A stretch of 64,000 bases of DNA from Acidimicrobiia bacterium (GCA_965216495.1 OZ244163.1:1194109-1258108); one strand, 5' to 3'; counted from the stretch's first letter, positions 36,110 to 46,324 are shown. Numbers and translations are program-made. Notes: generated by a model from the letters alone, not told the origin.

Positions 36110-36891
36110 AGCGAAACCTCAGCCACAGATCCATCGACCGGGATCGTCCTGCGGACTTGCTCGGAAAACCGTTGAGCCTTTCCGGTGGTGAAGAAACGAG
36201 ACATTCCCGATCCGGTGGTGTCCCCGACGTCGATCACCCGGCGAGCGACAGCAGGGCTTGGGTCGATCACATCGATCCCGCCGACTTCTCGAATCGTGTC
36301 AGCCAGGAACGAGAAATGCGTGCACGCCAACACCGCTTGATCGGCACCGGCGGCGACGGCGGGAGCGACCTTCTCGGCGATCGCTGCCGTTGTTGAGGGC
36401 GGCGTGAGATGCGATTGCTCGACGATGCCCACCCATTCGGGACAGGAAACTTCCATTACCTGGATGTCATCAGCTATTCCGTCACGAGTTCTCTGGAAGA
36501 GTCCCCCATGGAAGGTTCCTTCGGTAGCGAAGACCGCGATCCGGCGGGTTTTGGTGGCCGCAGCTGCCGGCTTGATGGCGGGCTCCATGCCGACGACAGG
36601 AAGCGCCGTGTGTGATCGTCTTACCGACTCGAGAGCGGCCGCCGAAGCCGTGTTGCACGCGATGACCAGGGTTGTGGCCCCGTGCTCGACCAGCCAGTTG
36701 CATGCCTTGGACGTGAGTTCTTCGACTTCTTCGGGGGACCGAGGCCCGTATGGGAGTTTGGCCTGATCACCGAGATAGAGCAGGTCGGCGTGTTGCGCAG
36801 CTCTGCGGATTTCGTTCAGGACACTGAGGCCTCCAATGCCCGAATCAAAGACACCGATCACCGTGTACCGTCGCTGAGAAGGAGGTGACAA
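36106..36891 (-). CDS. murI: glutamate racemase
   Basis: IGVFDSGIGGLSVL, the LVIACNTAS and ACTHF catalytic Cys motifs are present. The start is uncertain (TTG 36891 vs GTG 36861). Confidence 0.88.
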   Translation of the reverse strand: MSPPSQRRYTVIGVFDSGIGGLSVLNEIRRAAQHADLLYLGDQAKLPYGPRSPEEVEELTSKACNWLVEHGATTLVIACNTASAAALESVRRSHTALPVVGMEPAIKPAAAATKTRRIAVFATEGTFHGGLFQRTRDGIADDIQVMEVSCPEWVGIVEQSHLTPPSTTAAIAEKVAPAVAAGADQAVLACTHFSFLADTIREVGGIDVIDPSPAVARRVIDVGDTTGSGMSRFFTTGKAQRFSEQVRRTIPVDGSVAEVSL

Positions 36892-37653
36892 TTGCAGATT
36901 GCGGACACCGTCGCCCTCGTTACGGGTGGCGCCTCAGGCCTTGGCCTCGGAGCAGCACGAAAGATCATTGCGGAGGGTGGTCGTGCGGTGATGTTGGACA
37001 TCAATGCCGAGCAGGGTACGGCAGTTGCCCAGGATCTTGGAGACAAGGCGCGCTTCATTGAATGCGACGTCACCGATCCAGAACAGGTCAACGCGGCGGT
37101 CGATGGGGCAGCCGAGGCGTTCGGGGGCGTAAACGCCTTGGTCAACGCAGCCGGGGTAGCTCCCGCCCAGCGATTGCTCGGGCGAGATGGGTCCATGTTC
37201 GACCTCGATCTTTTCAAGTTCGTGGTGGGAGTCAACCTGATTGGCATGTTCGATGTCATCCGGAATGTGGCTCGGGTCATGGCTGCGAACGAAGAGGGGG
37301 AGCGGGGCGTGATTGTAAACGTCGCGTCGATAGCTGCCTTCGAGGGCCAGGTAGGTCAAGCTGCGTACTCAGCCTCGAAAGGCGGAGTGGTGGGGTTGAC
37401 CCTTCCGCTGGCACGTGACTTGGCGTCCATCGGAGTTCGGGTCGTCACGATTGCACCCGGAATCATGGACACACCCTTGCTCGCCGGCGCGCCGCAAGAG
37501 TTGAAGGACTCGCTTGCTCAACTCCACGTGTTTCCGAAGCGCCTGGGCACGTCCGAGGACTTCGGCCATCTCGTGGCAGCGGTGATCGAGAACCCCATGC
37601 TCAACGGCGAAGTGATCCGCCTCGACGCCGCCGCCCGCATGCCCCCCAAATAG
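36892..37653 (+). CDS. SDR oxidoreductase, 3-hydroxyacyl-CoA dehydrogenase type II-like
   Basis: AGGAGG lies 7 nt upstream of the TTG start. VTGGASGLG, NAAG and the YSASKGGVVGLT active site are present. Confidence 0.8.
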   Translation: MQIADTVALVTGGASGLGLGAARKIIAEGGRAVMLDINAEQGTAVAQDLGDKARFIECDVTDPEQVNAAVDGAAEAFGGVNALVNAAGVAPAQRLLGRDGSMFDLDLFKFVVGVNLIGMFDVIRNVARVMAANEEGERGVIVNVASIAAFEGQVGQAAYSASKGGVVGLTLPLARDLASIGVRVVTIAPGIMDTPLLAGAPQELKDSLAQLHVFPKRLGTSEDFGHLVAAVIENPMLNGEVIRLDAAARMPPK

Positions 37654-37758
37654 CGAACCTAAGGTTCCCAGGCCCACATACGGTTGTACGAACCTGAGGT
37701 TCCTAGGCCCATATACGGGTGTGCGAAACTGAGGTTCGTGGGCCCATGTGCGGGGGGA
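37654..37758. repeat. 3 x 35-bp head-to-tail repeats, each with a GAACCTNAGGTTC palindrome plus an (A/G)GGCCCA(C/T)(A/G)T(A/G)CGG block
   Basis: Units start at 37654, 37689 and 37724. Palindromes lie at 37655-37667, 37690-37702 and 37725-37737 (the third has one mismatch). The array begins 1 nt after the SDR stop codon. Confidence 0.85.
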
Positions 37759-37823
37759 GCGGTCTCGAGAATCGCCCCAAATGGAGTGCATAAGTTCATC
37801 AGCTTCAGTAAGCTCTGAAACTA

Positions 37824-38291
37824 GTGAAACCTACTGCAGCTCAGACTCAGTTCATCGAAAGGGTTGGTCGCTGGTGGGAGTCGATCACCGGCAGTCGAGT
37901 GGCCGGACAGATCCTCGGGTGGCTGATGATCTGCGACCCTCCCCATCAATCTGCTGCCGAATTGATGGACGCCGTCCACACCAGCGCGGGCTCCATCTCG
38001 ACGCAGACCCGGTTCCTGGAGCAAATGAGCTTGGTTGAACGAATCAGCTTCCGCGGCGATCGCGCCACCTACTACCAACTCAAGGAGAACGCTTGGGAGC
38101 ACATGATGGCCACCGAGATGAACGCAATACGTGAGTGGGACCAACTTGCCATGGCTGCGACAGATTTGGTCCCGGCTGAGCGTCCCGATCGTGTCACGGA
38201 CCTGTCGAAGATGACGAGCTTTCTGCTCGTCAAGTGGCCTGAGGTCATGGTCGAGTTGAGAGAACATATACAGAAGGAGGAATTGGATTGA
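37824..38291 (+). CDS. GbsR/MarR-like winged-helix transcriptional regulator
   Basis: FIERVGRWWESITGSRVAGQILGWLMICDPPHQSAAELMDAVHTSAGSISTQTRFLEQMSLVERI resembles the GbsR-type wHTH. The stop overlaps the next gene's start (TTGA). Confidence 0.6.
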   Translation: MKPTAAQTQFIERVGRWWESITGSRVAGQILGWLMICDPPHQSAAELMDAVHTSAGSISTQTRFLEQMSLVERISFRGDRATYYQLKENAWEHMMATEMNAIREWDQLAMAATDLVPAERPDRVTDLSKMTSFLLVKWPEVMVELREHIQKEELD

Positions 38292-39196
38292 GCGACATTG
38301 CGATACGAGCGGAGGGTTTGACCAAGCACTACGGCGAGGTCCGTGCCCTGGTTGACCTCAACCTGGAAGTCATGATGGGCGAGGTGTTCGGGTTTCTCGG
38401 TCCCAATGGTGCCGGCAAAACAACCACCATTCGCACAATGCTCGACCTCATCCGGCCCACGTCGGGTAGGGCGACCATTGTTGGTCTCGACAGCCATAGC
38501 GACTCCGTGGCGATCCGAGACCACATCGGCTACCTGCCGTCGGATCTATCGATGTACTCCAACCTGACGGGCAGGGACATGATCACCTATTTCGCCAACC
38601 TCAGAGGCGGTGTCGATGGTGGATACGTTGAACAACTTGCCGAGCGATTGAAGGCAGACCTGTCCCGCAAGATCGGCGACTATTCCTCAGGCAACAAACA
38701 AAAGGTCGGTCTGATCCTTGCCTTCATGAGTAAGCCGTCAGTTCTGATCATGGATGAGCCAAGTTCGGGACTGGACCCCCTCATCCAACGCGAGTTCCAG
38801 GCGATGATGCGTGAGGTGGCCAACGAGGGCAGGTGCGTCTTCTTATCCAGCCACACCCTCTCGGAGGTCCAACGCGTCGCCGATCGGGTGGGCATCATCC
38901 GCTCCGGCCGACTCGTCGACGTCGAGGCGGTGAGCGATCTTCGATCCAAGTCGGTTCGCAAGGTGGAACTGCACTTTGCCGAGCCTGTCGACCCCTCTGT
39001 CTTTGATGGCCTCGAAGGTGTTCGCGCGGTCGAGGTTGACGGCCAGACCGCGGCGGTCTCGCTTGACGGCAGTATGGATGCTGTGATCGGCGCGGCCACC
39101 GCAGGTCACACACTGGTTGACGTCACTACACACGAGGCAGATCTAGAAGAGATCTTCTTGCAGTACTACCACGAAGAATCGGGCGCAGTCTCCTGA
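38288..39196 (+). CDS. ABC transporter ATP-binding protein
   Basis: Walker A GPNGAGKTT, signature YSSGNKQKV and Walker B VLIMDEPSSGLD are present. Confidence 0.85.
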   Translation: MSDIAIRAEGLTKHYGEVRALVDLNLEVMMGEVFGFLGPNGAGKTTTIRTMLDLIRPTSGRATIVGLDSHSDSVAIRDHIGYLPSDLSMYSNLTGRDMITYFANLRGGVDGGYVEQLAERLKADLSRKIGDYSSGNKQKVGLILAFMSKPSVLIMDEPSSGLDPLIQREFQAMMREVANEGRCVFLSSHTLSEVQRVADRVGIIRSGRLVDVEAVSDLRSKSVRKVELHFAEPVDPSVFDGLEGVRAVEVDGQTAAVSLDGSMDAVIGAATAGHTLVDVTTHEADLEEIFLQYYHEESGAVS

Positions 39197-40848
39197 TGTT
39201 TGCCAACGTGTTCACCAAGACGACTTCAGACCGTCTCCCCGCCGGGCTGATCGGAGCCCTAGGCGTGGCCGCGATGCTCTTCTTCGGTATGTGGGTGTAT
39301 GGCGATGTCGACACGTCGTTCTATTACGACCTGCCAGCTGGAATTCTCGAGCTGATCGGAATCGATCCAGACGGAGAGGGAGCGGGAGGGATTGCCTTTG
39401 GCGCGATCTTCAATCTGGTCGGCGCTTTCACCTTGGCCGGCCTGGCCATCAGTTGGGGGGCTTCGGCGATCGCTGGTGAAGAGCGCGACGGCACCATCGG
39501 GCTGCTGCTGGGTAACCCGGTGAGTAGACGGCGAGTGCTGGTCTCCAAGTCTCTGTCGCTCGTGCTTGTGGTGTTTGTAATGTGTGCAGTGCTTTGGGTG
39601 GCAGGCAACCTCTCCGCCTCCGTTCTCGATGTCTCGACTGACAACCTATTCGTCGGCTCGATCACCTTCGCAATGCTCATGAACAGCCTCTTCTATGGCT
39701 TCTTGGCTTTGGCTATAGGGGCTTGGACCGGCAAGCGCGCCATGGCGTCAGGTGTGGCGGGCGGAGTCATGGTCGTGGGATACCTGGCCGCTTCCCTGCT
39801 CCCGCTGGTAGACGCGGAGAGGGCCGCACAGTTCTTTCCCTGGTACTACTACAGCGCCAGCTCCCCGGTCTACAACGGAATCGACGTCGGTCACATGGTC
39901 GTCCTGGGAACGCTGATCTTGTTGCTGTTCATCGCCGCGTACCTCGGTGTACAGAGACGCGACCTGCGCGAGGGCGGCACCGACGTCACGATTGTCGATC
40001 GCCTGCGAGCGCACCCACGGACTCAGAAGCTCATCGATCGGATCGCGGGTTCGGCTCGTGTGTCACGGATCTCTGCCAAAACCTTCTCGGACCACCAAGT
40101 TCTCCTGACAGTGACCGCGGCGATCATGTTTTACATGGGTGTGGCGATTCCTCCGATGTACACCCTCATTCCGGACGACTTCATCAACATCTTCTCGACG
40201 TTCCCTGATGCCCTGGTAGCGATGATCGGAGGTGTCGATATGGGGACTCCGGCCGGGTTCCTAACCGGTGAGCTGTTTGCGCTAACCGGGCCTATTGCGA
40301 TCATCGTGTTGACGTCGAGCATCGGATCCAGGGCGTTGGCTGGCGAGGAGATGGCTCACACGATGGGTCTGCTGCTGTCCAATCCGATCTCTCGGACGAC
40401 CGTTGTCTTGGAGAAGACGTTGGCCATGATCGGTCATGCTTTGGCTTTCGGGGCGGCGACGTTCCTTGGGACCTGGGCGGGCGTCAGGCTGGCGGGCTTG
40501 TCGGAGGTAGGAGTCACCGGGATTGCTGCAGTGTCTTTCATGTTGTCACTGTTCGGCCTGGTCTTTGGAGGCGTTGCCTTGGCCCTCAGTGCAGCGACCG
40601 GGAAGCGATCGGCAACCCTCGCGGGAACCACGGGCGTGGCTCTGGCTACCTGGTTCATCTTCTCCTTCTTCCCTCTGTCAGAAACCTTGGACGGTTGGAC
40701 TCGCCTGTCGCCTTTCCATTGGTTCCTCGGCAATGATCCACTTCTCAACGGATTCGATTGGGGTGGCGTGGCGTTGATGGCCATCGTGTTTGCGCTGCTG
40801 GTTGCAGCGGCGATTCCCCTCTTCCAGAGGCGGGATCTGCGCGGCTAG
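39196..40848 (+). CDS. ABC-2 family permease (duplicated, 550 aa)
   Basis: Two internally similar hydrophobic halves, each containing GTIGLLLGNPVSRRRV / HTMGLLLSNPISRTTV. The ATG overlaps the ATPase stop by 1 nt. Confidence 0.7.
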   Translation: MFANVFTKTTSDRLPAGLIGALGVAAMLFFGMWVYGDVDTSFYYDLPAGILELIGIDPDGEGAGGIAFGAIFNLVGAFTLAGLAISWGASAIAGEERDGTIGLLLGNPVSRRRVLVSKSLSLVLVVFVMCAVLWVAGNLSASVLDVSTDNLFVGSITFAMLMNSLFYGFLALAIGAWTGKRAMASGVAGGVMVVGYLAASLLPLVDAERAAQFFPWYYYSASSPVYNGIDVGHMVVLGTLILLLFIAAYLGVQRRDLREGGTDVTIVDRLRAHPRTQKLIDRIAGSARVSRISAKTFSDHQVLLTVTAAIMFYMGVAIPPMYTLIPDDFINIFSTFPDALVAMIGGVDMGTPAGFLTGELFALTGPIAIIVLTSSIGSRALAGEEMAHTMGLLLSNPISRTTVVLEKTLAMIGHALAFGAATFLGTWAGVRLAGLSEVGVTGIAAVSFMLSLFGLVFGGVALALSAATGKRSATLAGTTGVALATWFIFSFFPLSETLDGWTRLSPFHWFLGNDPLLNGFDWGGVALMAIVFALLVAAAIPLFQRRDLRG

Positions 40849-42788
40849 TCGACGAGCCGGCTCAAACCGTCGAGGCTCTCAGGGTTCTCGAGGCTGGTTA
40901 GGTCTCCAGGCTCTTTGCCCAAGGCGACCGCTTTGACCACGCGCCGCATGATCTTCTGCGACCGTGTCTTGGGGAGGTCGCCCACCCATCGCACTGACGA
41001 CGGTCGGAATGCCTTGCCAAGACCGTCGTCACAGGCCGAGATCACGCGTTTAGTGAGGTCGTCGTCGGGCTCAACGCCGGGGGCGGGAACCACGAAGAGG
41101 GCGATCGATTCTCCCTTGACTTCATCCGGCACACCGATAGCGGCGGTCATGGTCACCTCATCGAGGGCGACTACGACAGACTCCACCTCTGCTGGGCCGA
41201 TCCTTTTGCCGGCAATGTTGAGAGTGTCGTCTGAACGTCCGTGTAGATACCAGAATCCGTCGTCGTCGACTGATGCCCAATCCCCATGAACCCAAGTGTC
41301 TTCGAAGCGCGACCAATAGGTGTCGATGTATCGCTGGGGTTCGCCCCAGAAGCCTCTCGTCATTCCTGGCCAGGAACCCCGGATAACGAGTTCGCCGACC
41401 TCACCCCGTATCGGCTTGCCTGAGTCGTCGTATACATCGGCGTCCACTCCAAGGGCGGGCTTGCCCAAAGCAGTTGGCTTGATTCCTTGAAGAAGGTTCG
41501 CAGACAGGATGCAGGCACCGACCTCGGTGCCGCCTGAGATGTTCATTATGGGGCGGCGACCCTCGCCGACCTCTTCGAACAACCAGCGCCATGGTTCGGG
41601 GTTCCAAGGTTCGCCGGTCGAACCGAATAGCCGCAACTGGCTCAGGTCGTGCTTGCGTGCCTCTTCAGCACCGTGAGGTTGAAGGGCGCGGATGAGAGTT
41701 GGCGACACGCCGAGAATGGTGAGGCCGAGTCGCTCTACGACTTCCCAGATGCGATCCGGTCCTGGGTAGTTCGGAGCACCGTCGTAGACCCCGATCGCCG
41801 CACCGTTTGCGAGGCCTGCGACCACCATCCACGGACCCATTATCCAGCCCATGTCTGTTGCCCACATGAGCACGTCGTCACGTTTGACGTCCAGCTGAAA
41901 GAAGCCCTCTTGAGCAAGCTTGACCGTCAACCCGCCTTGAACATGGACGGCACCCTTGGGACGACCTGTTGTCCCCGATGTGTACGCGATCAGAACGGGG
42001 TCTTCCGACCAGGTCTTGGCGGGTGGCCGCCGCTCTGCTCGGTCGATGGCATCTGCCCACCAGGTATCCCGTCCATCAGCCATTGGAGTGGAGTGATTGC
42101 GCTCCGTGTAGTCGACCACGATCACTTGGTCGATCCCGCCGACCATCTCCACAGCCTCGTCGGCCGTCTCCTTCATTTCGATGATTCGGCCTCGGCGAGT
42201 GAACCCGTTGGCGCAGATCAGCAATTTCGGCTTGGGGTTCTCCAGACGTGTGGCTACGGCTTCTGCTGCGTATCCGCTAAAAACGGGGATGAAGATTGCA
42301 CCTAGCCTGGCGACGGCCAACAGTGATATCACTGCCTCTTCCGACATCGGTAGGTAGACAGCGACAGCATCTCCCTTGCCTACGCCCAGATCTGACATGG
42401 CTCCAGCTGCCAGCTCCACCCGTTCAAGAAGCTCGGAGTAGTTGAGCTCTCGAAAGGTGTCGTCGGCCTTCAGCGATCGGACAGCGACACCCTCAGGCTT
42501 CTCGGCAGCCCAACGGTCAACGCATGCCGCCGAAAGGTTGAACCCGCCGTCGACGAACCAAGTGGCCCACGGATGTCCTTTGCTCGTGTCCCGGGTGATG
42601 GTGAATTGCGGATCGAAGGGGAGGCCGATGAAGTCGACCACGGATTCCCAAAACCACTCGGGATCTCGAGACGATTTCGCCACTAGATCGGCGTAGTCGG
42701 TGATGCCGTGGTGGCTCATGAAGTCATAAGTGTTGGTTGCCGCGGCTTCGTCGGTGGTCGGTTCCCAGGCTATTTCGAAAGCATTCAT
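40845..42788 (-). CDS. AMP-forming acyl-CoA synthetase (acetate/acetoacetate-CoA ligase-like)
   Basis: AMP-binding motif YTSGTTGRPKGAV, then GSTGEPW and the C-terminal LPKTRSQKIMRR. ATG at 42788 was preferred to GTG at 42818; the start is uncertain. Confidence 0.75.
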   Translation of the reverse strand: MNAFEIAWEPTTDEAAATNTYDFMSHHGITDYADLVAKSSRDPEWFWESVVDFIGLPFDPQFTITRDTSKGHPWATWFVDGGFNLSAACVDRWAAEKPEGVAVRSLKADDTFRELNYSELLERVELAAGAMSDLGVGKGDAVAVYLPMSEEAVISLLAVARLGAIFIPVFSGYAAEAVATRLENPKPKLLICANGFTRRGRIIEMKETADEAVEMVGGIDQVIVVDYTERNHSTPMADGRDTWWADAIDRAERRPPAKTWSEDPVLIAYTSGTTGRPKGAVHVQGGLTVKLAQEGFFQLDVKRDDVLMWATDMGWIMGPWMVVAGLANGAAIGVYDGAPNYPGPDRIWEVVERLGLTILGVSPTLIRALQPHGAEEARKHDLSQLRLFGSTGEPWNPEPWRWLFEEVGEGRRPIMNISGGTEVGACILSANLLQGIKPTALGKPALGVDADVYDDSGKPIRGEVGELVIRGSWPGMTRGFWGEPQRYIDTYWSRFEDTWVHGDWASVDDDGFWYLHGRSDDTLNIAGKRIGPAEVESVVVALDEVTMTAAIGVPDEVKGESIALFVVPAPGVEPDDDLTKRVISACDDGLGKAFRPSSVRWVGDLPKTRSQKIMRRVVKAVALGKEPGDLTSLENPESLDGLSRLVD

Positions 42789-42893
42789 GTTCAGGCACCT
42801 GATGATATGACGTGACACGCCGACGGTGCGATCTAGCCTCTTCTAATCAGCCGTGACGAACGCTCCGCCCTCTTCTTACGCCGGACCCTGCAG

Positions 42894-43955
42894 GTGGCCT
42901 GGGTCGTGCTGGCCATTCTTGCGGTGCTCTGGTTGGCGTATCAGCTGAGAACCCTGATCTTCATAGTTTTCGTGGCGCTGTTCGTTGCGATCGCATTCGA
43001 GCCTCCAGTCCAATACTTGTCGAAGCGTGGATGGCGCCGAGGCACGGCGACCGCCATCGTCTTCTTGGTTGCCACACTGCTGGCCGTCGGGTTCATCTGG
43101 TCGCTGGCTCCGCTTTTCGTTGAGCAGACACGACAGATCGTGGAACAGGCTCCGGGGCTGATCGAAGGTTTCATTGAGTTCCTGCGGGAGGAACTTGGAT
43201 TTGATCTTGCCGCTTTCGATACCACGGACATCGGAGAACAGGTGGTGTCGGCCATCCAGTCGGTCGGATCGACGCTGGTTGGAGGCGTCGTCGGGTTCAC
43301 CTCGACAATCTTCGGTCTTGTGTTCTTCGGTGCAACCACCGCACTGTTCTCGTTCTACATGCTGGCGGAGCTGCCTTCACTGCAGCGGAGCATCCTTTCG
43401 TTCATGCCGGCACCGCAGCAAAGGCGAGCCCTGCGGATCTGGGAGGTGGCGGTCCAGAAGATGGGCGGCTACGTGTATTCCCGCCTGATTCTCGCGGTGC
43501 TCTCTGCTGTTGCCTCGGCCATCTTTCTCCGCGTTGTCGACGTCCCGTTCGCCGTCTCGTTGGGCATCTGGGTTGGCGTGTTGAGCCAGACGATTCCGGT
43601 TGTGGGCACGTTCTTGGCGTCAGCTCTCCCGGCCCTCGTTGCGTTGACTTTCAACGATTGGACCACGGCCATTTGGGTTGTCGTCTTCTTCGTTGCCTAT
43701 CAACAGGTCGAGAACTATCTGATCTCGCCTCGGATCACGAAGCGGACGATGGAAATTCACCCTGCGATCTCGGTAGCCGCCGTGATTATTGGAGCGACAT
43801 TGCTCGGTGGAATCGGTGTCATCTTTGCCCTTCCGGTCGCGGGAATCATTCAGGCCAGTGTCTCTGAGTGGCGGCGGGGATATGAGGTCGTCCTCGACCA
43901 GTCGGGCGAAGTGGAGTCCGAGGAGTCTGACGACTCCGGTCTAGCCGTTACCTAA
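42894..43955 (+). CDS. AI-2E family transporter (PerM/UPF0118)
   Basis: Hydrophobic polytopic protein containing the YQQVENYLISPRI motif typical of the family. Confidence 0.75.
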   Translation: MAWVVLAILAVLWLAYQLRTLIFIVFVALFVAIAFEPPVQYLSKRGWRRGTATAIVFLVATLLAVGFIWSLAPLFVEQTRQIVEQAPGLIEGFIEFLREELGFDLAAFDTTDIGEQVVSAIQSVGSTLVGGVVGFTSTIFGLVFFGATTALFSFYMLAELPSLQRSILSFMPAPQQRRALRIWEVAVQKMGGYVYSRLILAVLSAVASAIFLRVVDVPFAVSLGIWVGVLSQTIPVVGTFLASALPALVALTFNDWTTAIWVVVFFVAYQQVENYLISPRITKRTMEIHPAISVAAVIIGATLLGGIGVIFALPVAGIIQASVSEWRRGYEVVLDQSGEVESEESDDSGLAVT

Positions 43956-43994
43956 TACGCATTCAGCCAAAAGAGTGTTTAACCTGTCTTCTCG

Positions 43995-44014
43995 GTGTCC
44001 CCGTCTGGGGACAC
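43995..44014 (+). terminator. hairpin terminator candidate after the AI-2E transporter gene
   Basis: Perfect 8-bp stem GTGTCCCC / GGGGACAC with loop GTCT, followed by a weak GGTTTA tract. Confidence 0.5.
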
Positions 44015-44042
44015 GGTTTACCCCTAGTTCGGAGGAAACTAA

Positions 44043-46196
44043 GTGAAAGTAACAAAGCCCTTTGGGCTTAGGTTGCTCGCTCTCCTCGCCGTATTTGCCA
44101 TGATTGTGGCCGCCTGCGACACCGCCGGCGACGACACCACGACCACGGCAGGCGAAACCACGGAAACGACGGTTGGTGAGACCACCGACACGACCGTGGG
44201 AGACGACCAGCCGCCTGTGGCGGGAGGCGAGTCCTTCCGCGTCGGGTTGATTTCCAACCTGACCACGGACAACTGGTGGGCAGCACTCGATACCGAGTCG
44301 TCGACTTACAACTTTGCGTTCTTGACTAACAGCAAGACCGCTCTGTTCACGACGTCGCTCCCTGGTTTCGTGCACGTGCCTGCGGCTGCAGCTACGGCTA
44401 CCCCGGAAGCAGCAGTCCAGGAAGGCGACGTATGGGTCGTTGAGCAGCCTGTTCGACAGGACATGGTCTGGTCCGACGGCACCCCCGTCACGGCCAATGA
44501 CCTCGTGTTCTACTTCGACACTGTGCGTGAGTTCAGCCTTGGCTCGAACCACGCGGCCAACTTCCCGCCGGATGTGCTGGGCATCACCGCTCCCGACGAT
44601 TACACCGTCAGGATCGAATTTGCCTCACAGCCCGGTCTGGCTGTCTGGAACAACGGTGTTGGGTTCGCTTCGTTCGTACCCAGCCACTTCTGGGCCGACA
44701 CGGTCGAAGAGGCTCGCACGGCTGCTGCCGATGCCACTGCCGGAATCACTCCTGAGGATGCAACTCAGGCTCTGGTTGATGCATCGACTGCAGACGATGA
44801 CCCTGACAACGACATCACTGCCGAAGACGTGACACAGGAAGACATCGACGCTTACATCGCCGACGCTGGCGCCCAGGAGGCCCTCACGGTCCTCTACGCC
44901 GCTTCGGGTATCGGTGAGCCGTCGGCTGGCTCCGTGACCGTCGATCAGTGGGAGACTGGTGCCTTCGGTGCCACTGTCGCCAACGCTGACTATTTCGACA
45001 GTGGAACCGAGAACACCCTCTACTCAGACGGTTCATTCCGCATTGCTAACAGCAACCGCGGTGAGGACAGTGTCTACGGTGGCGAGGGTGCCGGTGACGT
45101 TGTCGCCCAGTACATCGAGGGCCCATATGTGTCCGAGATTCTCTGGGTTGAGCACGGCACGAAGGACGCTGCATACGAGAAGCTCGCCGGTGACGAGCTC
45201 GATTACGTGTACGACCCCACTGGTCTGACCAGCGGTCTGCGCAACGAGCTGTCCACCGACTCGAGCCTCGCGTTCTCGGTCAACCAGACTGAGGGCTTCC
45301 GCTACATGGCCTTCAACATGCGCAAGGCTCCGATGTCAGACCTGGCTTTCCGTCAGGCAGTCGGAACCGTCATCAACAAGGAACTTGTTGCTGACACTGT
45401 GCTTGCTGGCGCCGTGTTCCCGGGTTACACCGTCATTCACCCCGACCTTGCTGCCTTCTACAACACTGATGTAGAGCGTCCGGGTTGGGCCGACGGAGAG
45501 CCCATGAGCGAAGCAGACCGGTTCGTCACGGCAGTTCAGATCCTCAAGGATGCTGGCTACACGTGGACGTCCGAGCCTGTGATCGACGTTGAGAACCCCG
45601 ACCCGGTGACCACACCTGGTGAGGGCCTCACGATGCCGAACGGCACTGCCGTTCCGGAGCTGTCGATTCTCGCTCCTGGACCGGGTTACGACCCGTTCCG
45701 TGCAACGTTCTCGATTTGGGTCGAGCAGTGGCTGAACGACCTCGGCGTACCCGCCGTGGCCGAGCCGACCGACTTCAACGCCATCGTTGATGCGGTCTTC
45801 CCGCCACAGACCCCCGAGACCGCTCAGTCCTGGGACATGTACATGCTCGGATGGGGTGGTGGCGATGTGTCACTGCCTGGAACCTCACAGGTCGCCTTCT
45901 TCCACTCACGTGAAGATGCTGTCGACGGTGGTGGTTTCAACACTCCTGGTTACAAGAGCGACGAGTTCGATGCGGCCGCGGATGCCTTTGAGGCAGCCAC
46001 GGACCTCGAGACCGCCGCTGAGTTGACCAAGGAAATGGATGCCATCCTGGCAAGGGATCTTCCCTACATCGTTCTGTTCCGTACGCCCATCATTGAGGCA
46101 TTCGGAGCCAACGTTCAGTTCCCGGTCGAGGTCATCATGGGTGGCCAGTCTGGATTCCCGAACGCTTGGCCGAACGCGGTCAACGTAGGCGAGTAA
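44043..46196 (+). CDS. ABC transporter substrate-binding lipoprotein, family 5 (peptide/nickel/opine type)
   Basis: GGAGGA RBS. Signal plus lipobox LLAVFAMIVAAC followed by the Thr-rich linker TTTTAGETTETTVGETTDTTVG. Large SBP body of 717 aa. Confidence 0.75.
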   Translation: MKVTKPFGLRLLALLAVFAMIVAACDTAGDDTTTTAGETTETTVGETTDTTVGDDQPPVAGGESFRVGLISNLTTDNWWAALDTESSTYNFAFLTNSKTALFTTSLPGFVHVPAAAATATPEAAVQEGDVWVVEQPVRQDMVWSDGTPVTANDLVFYFDTVREFSLGSNHAANFPPDVLGITAPDDYTVRIEFASQPGLAVWNNGVGFASFVPSHFWADTVEEARTAAADATAGITPEDATQALVDASTADDDPDNDITAEDVTQEDIDAYIADAGAQEALTVLYAASGIGEPSAGSVTVDQWETGAFGATVANADYFDSGTENTLYSDGSFRIANSNRGEDSVYGGEGAGDVVAQYIEGPYVSEILWVEHGTKDAAYEKLAGDELDYVYDPTGLTSGLRNELSTDSSLAFSVNQTEGFRYMAFNMRKAPMSDLAFRQAVGTVINKELVADTVLAGAVFPGYTVIHPDLAAFYNTDVERPGWADGEPMSEADRFVTAVQILKDAGYTWTSEPVIDVENPDPVTTPGEGLTMPNGTAVPELSILAPGPGYDPFRATFSIWVEQWLNDLGVPAVAEPTDFNAIVDAVFPPQTPETAQSWDMYMLGWGGGDVSLPGTSQVAFFHSREDAVDGGGFNTPGYKSDEFDAAADAFEAATDLETAAELTKEMDAILARDLPYIVLFRTPIIEAFGANVQFPVEVIMGGQSGFPNAWPNAVNVGE

Positions 46197-46220
46197 TCGC
46201 CAACGTTCGTTATTGATAGG

Positions 46221-46250
46221 GTGGAGGGCCTGCGGGCCCTCCACTTTTTT
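46221..46250 (+). terminator. strong intrinsic terminator/attenuator between the SBP gene and the permease genes
   Basis: Perfect 10-bp stem GTGGAGGGCC / GGCCCTCCAC, loop TGCG, then TTTTTT. Confidence 0.85.
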
Positions 46251-46324
46251 GTGGGGACCGCTATGACGTTTCAACTTTCGATGTTCTAGAGTGAACGCCC
46301 CCTGCGGGATCACTAGGAGTTGTA

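Noticed and set aside
37654-37758. Possible CRISPR array or minisatellite
   Set aside because: The three 35-bp units are directly adjacent with no spacers, they diverge progressively, and no cas genes are present. I interpret them as a tandem operator-like or REP-like repeat instead (see findings).
37748-38038. 96-aa ORF starting in the regulator upstream region
   Set aside because: It overlaps the GbsR-like gene in another frame. Its Ser-rich product has no recognisable motif, and the regulator frame carries a clear wHTH-like sequence.
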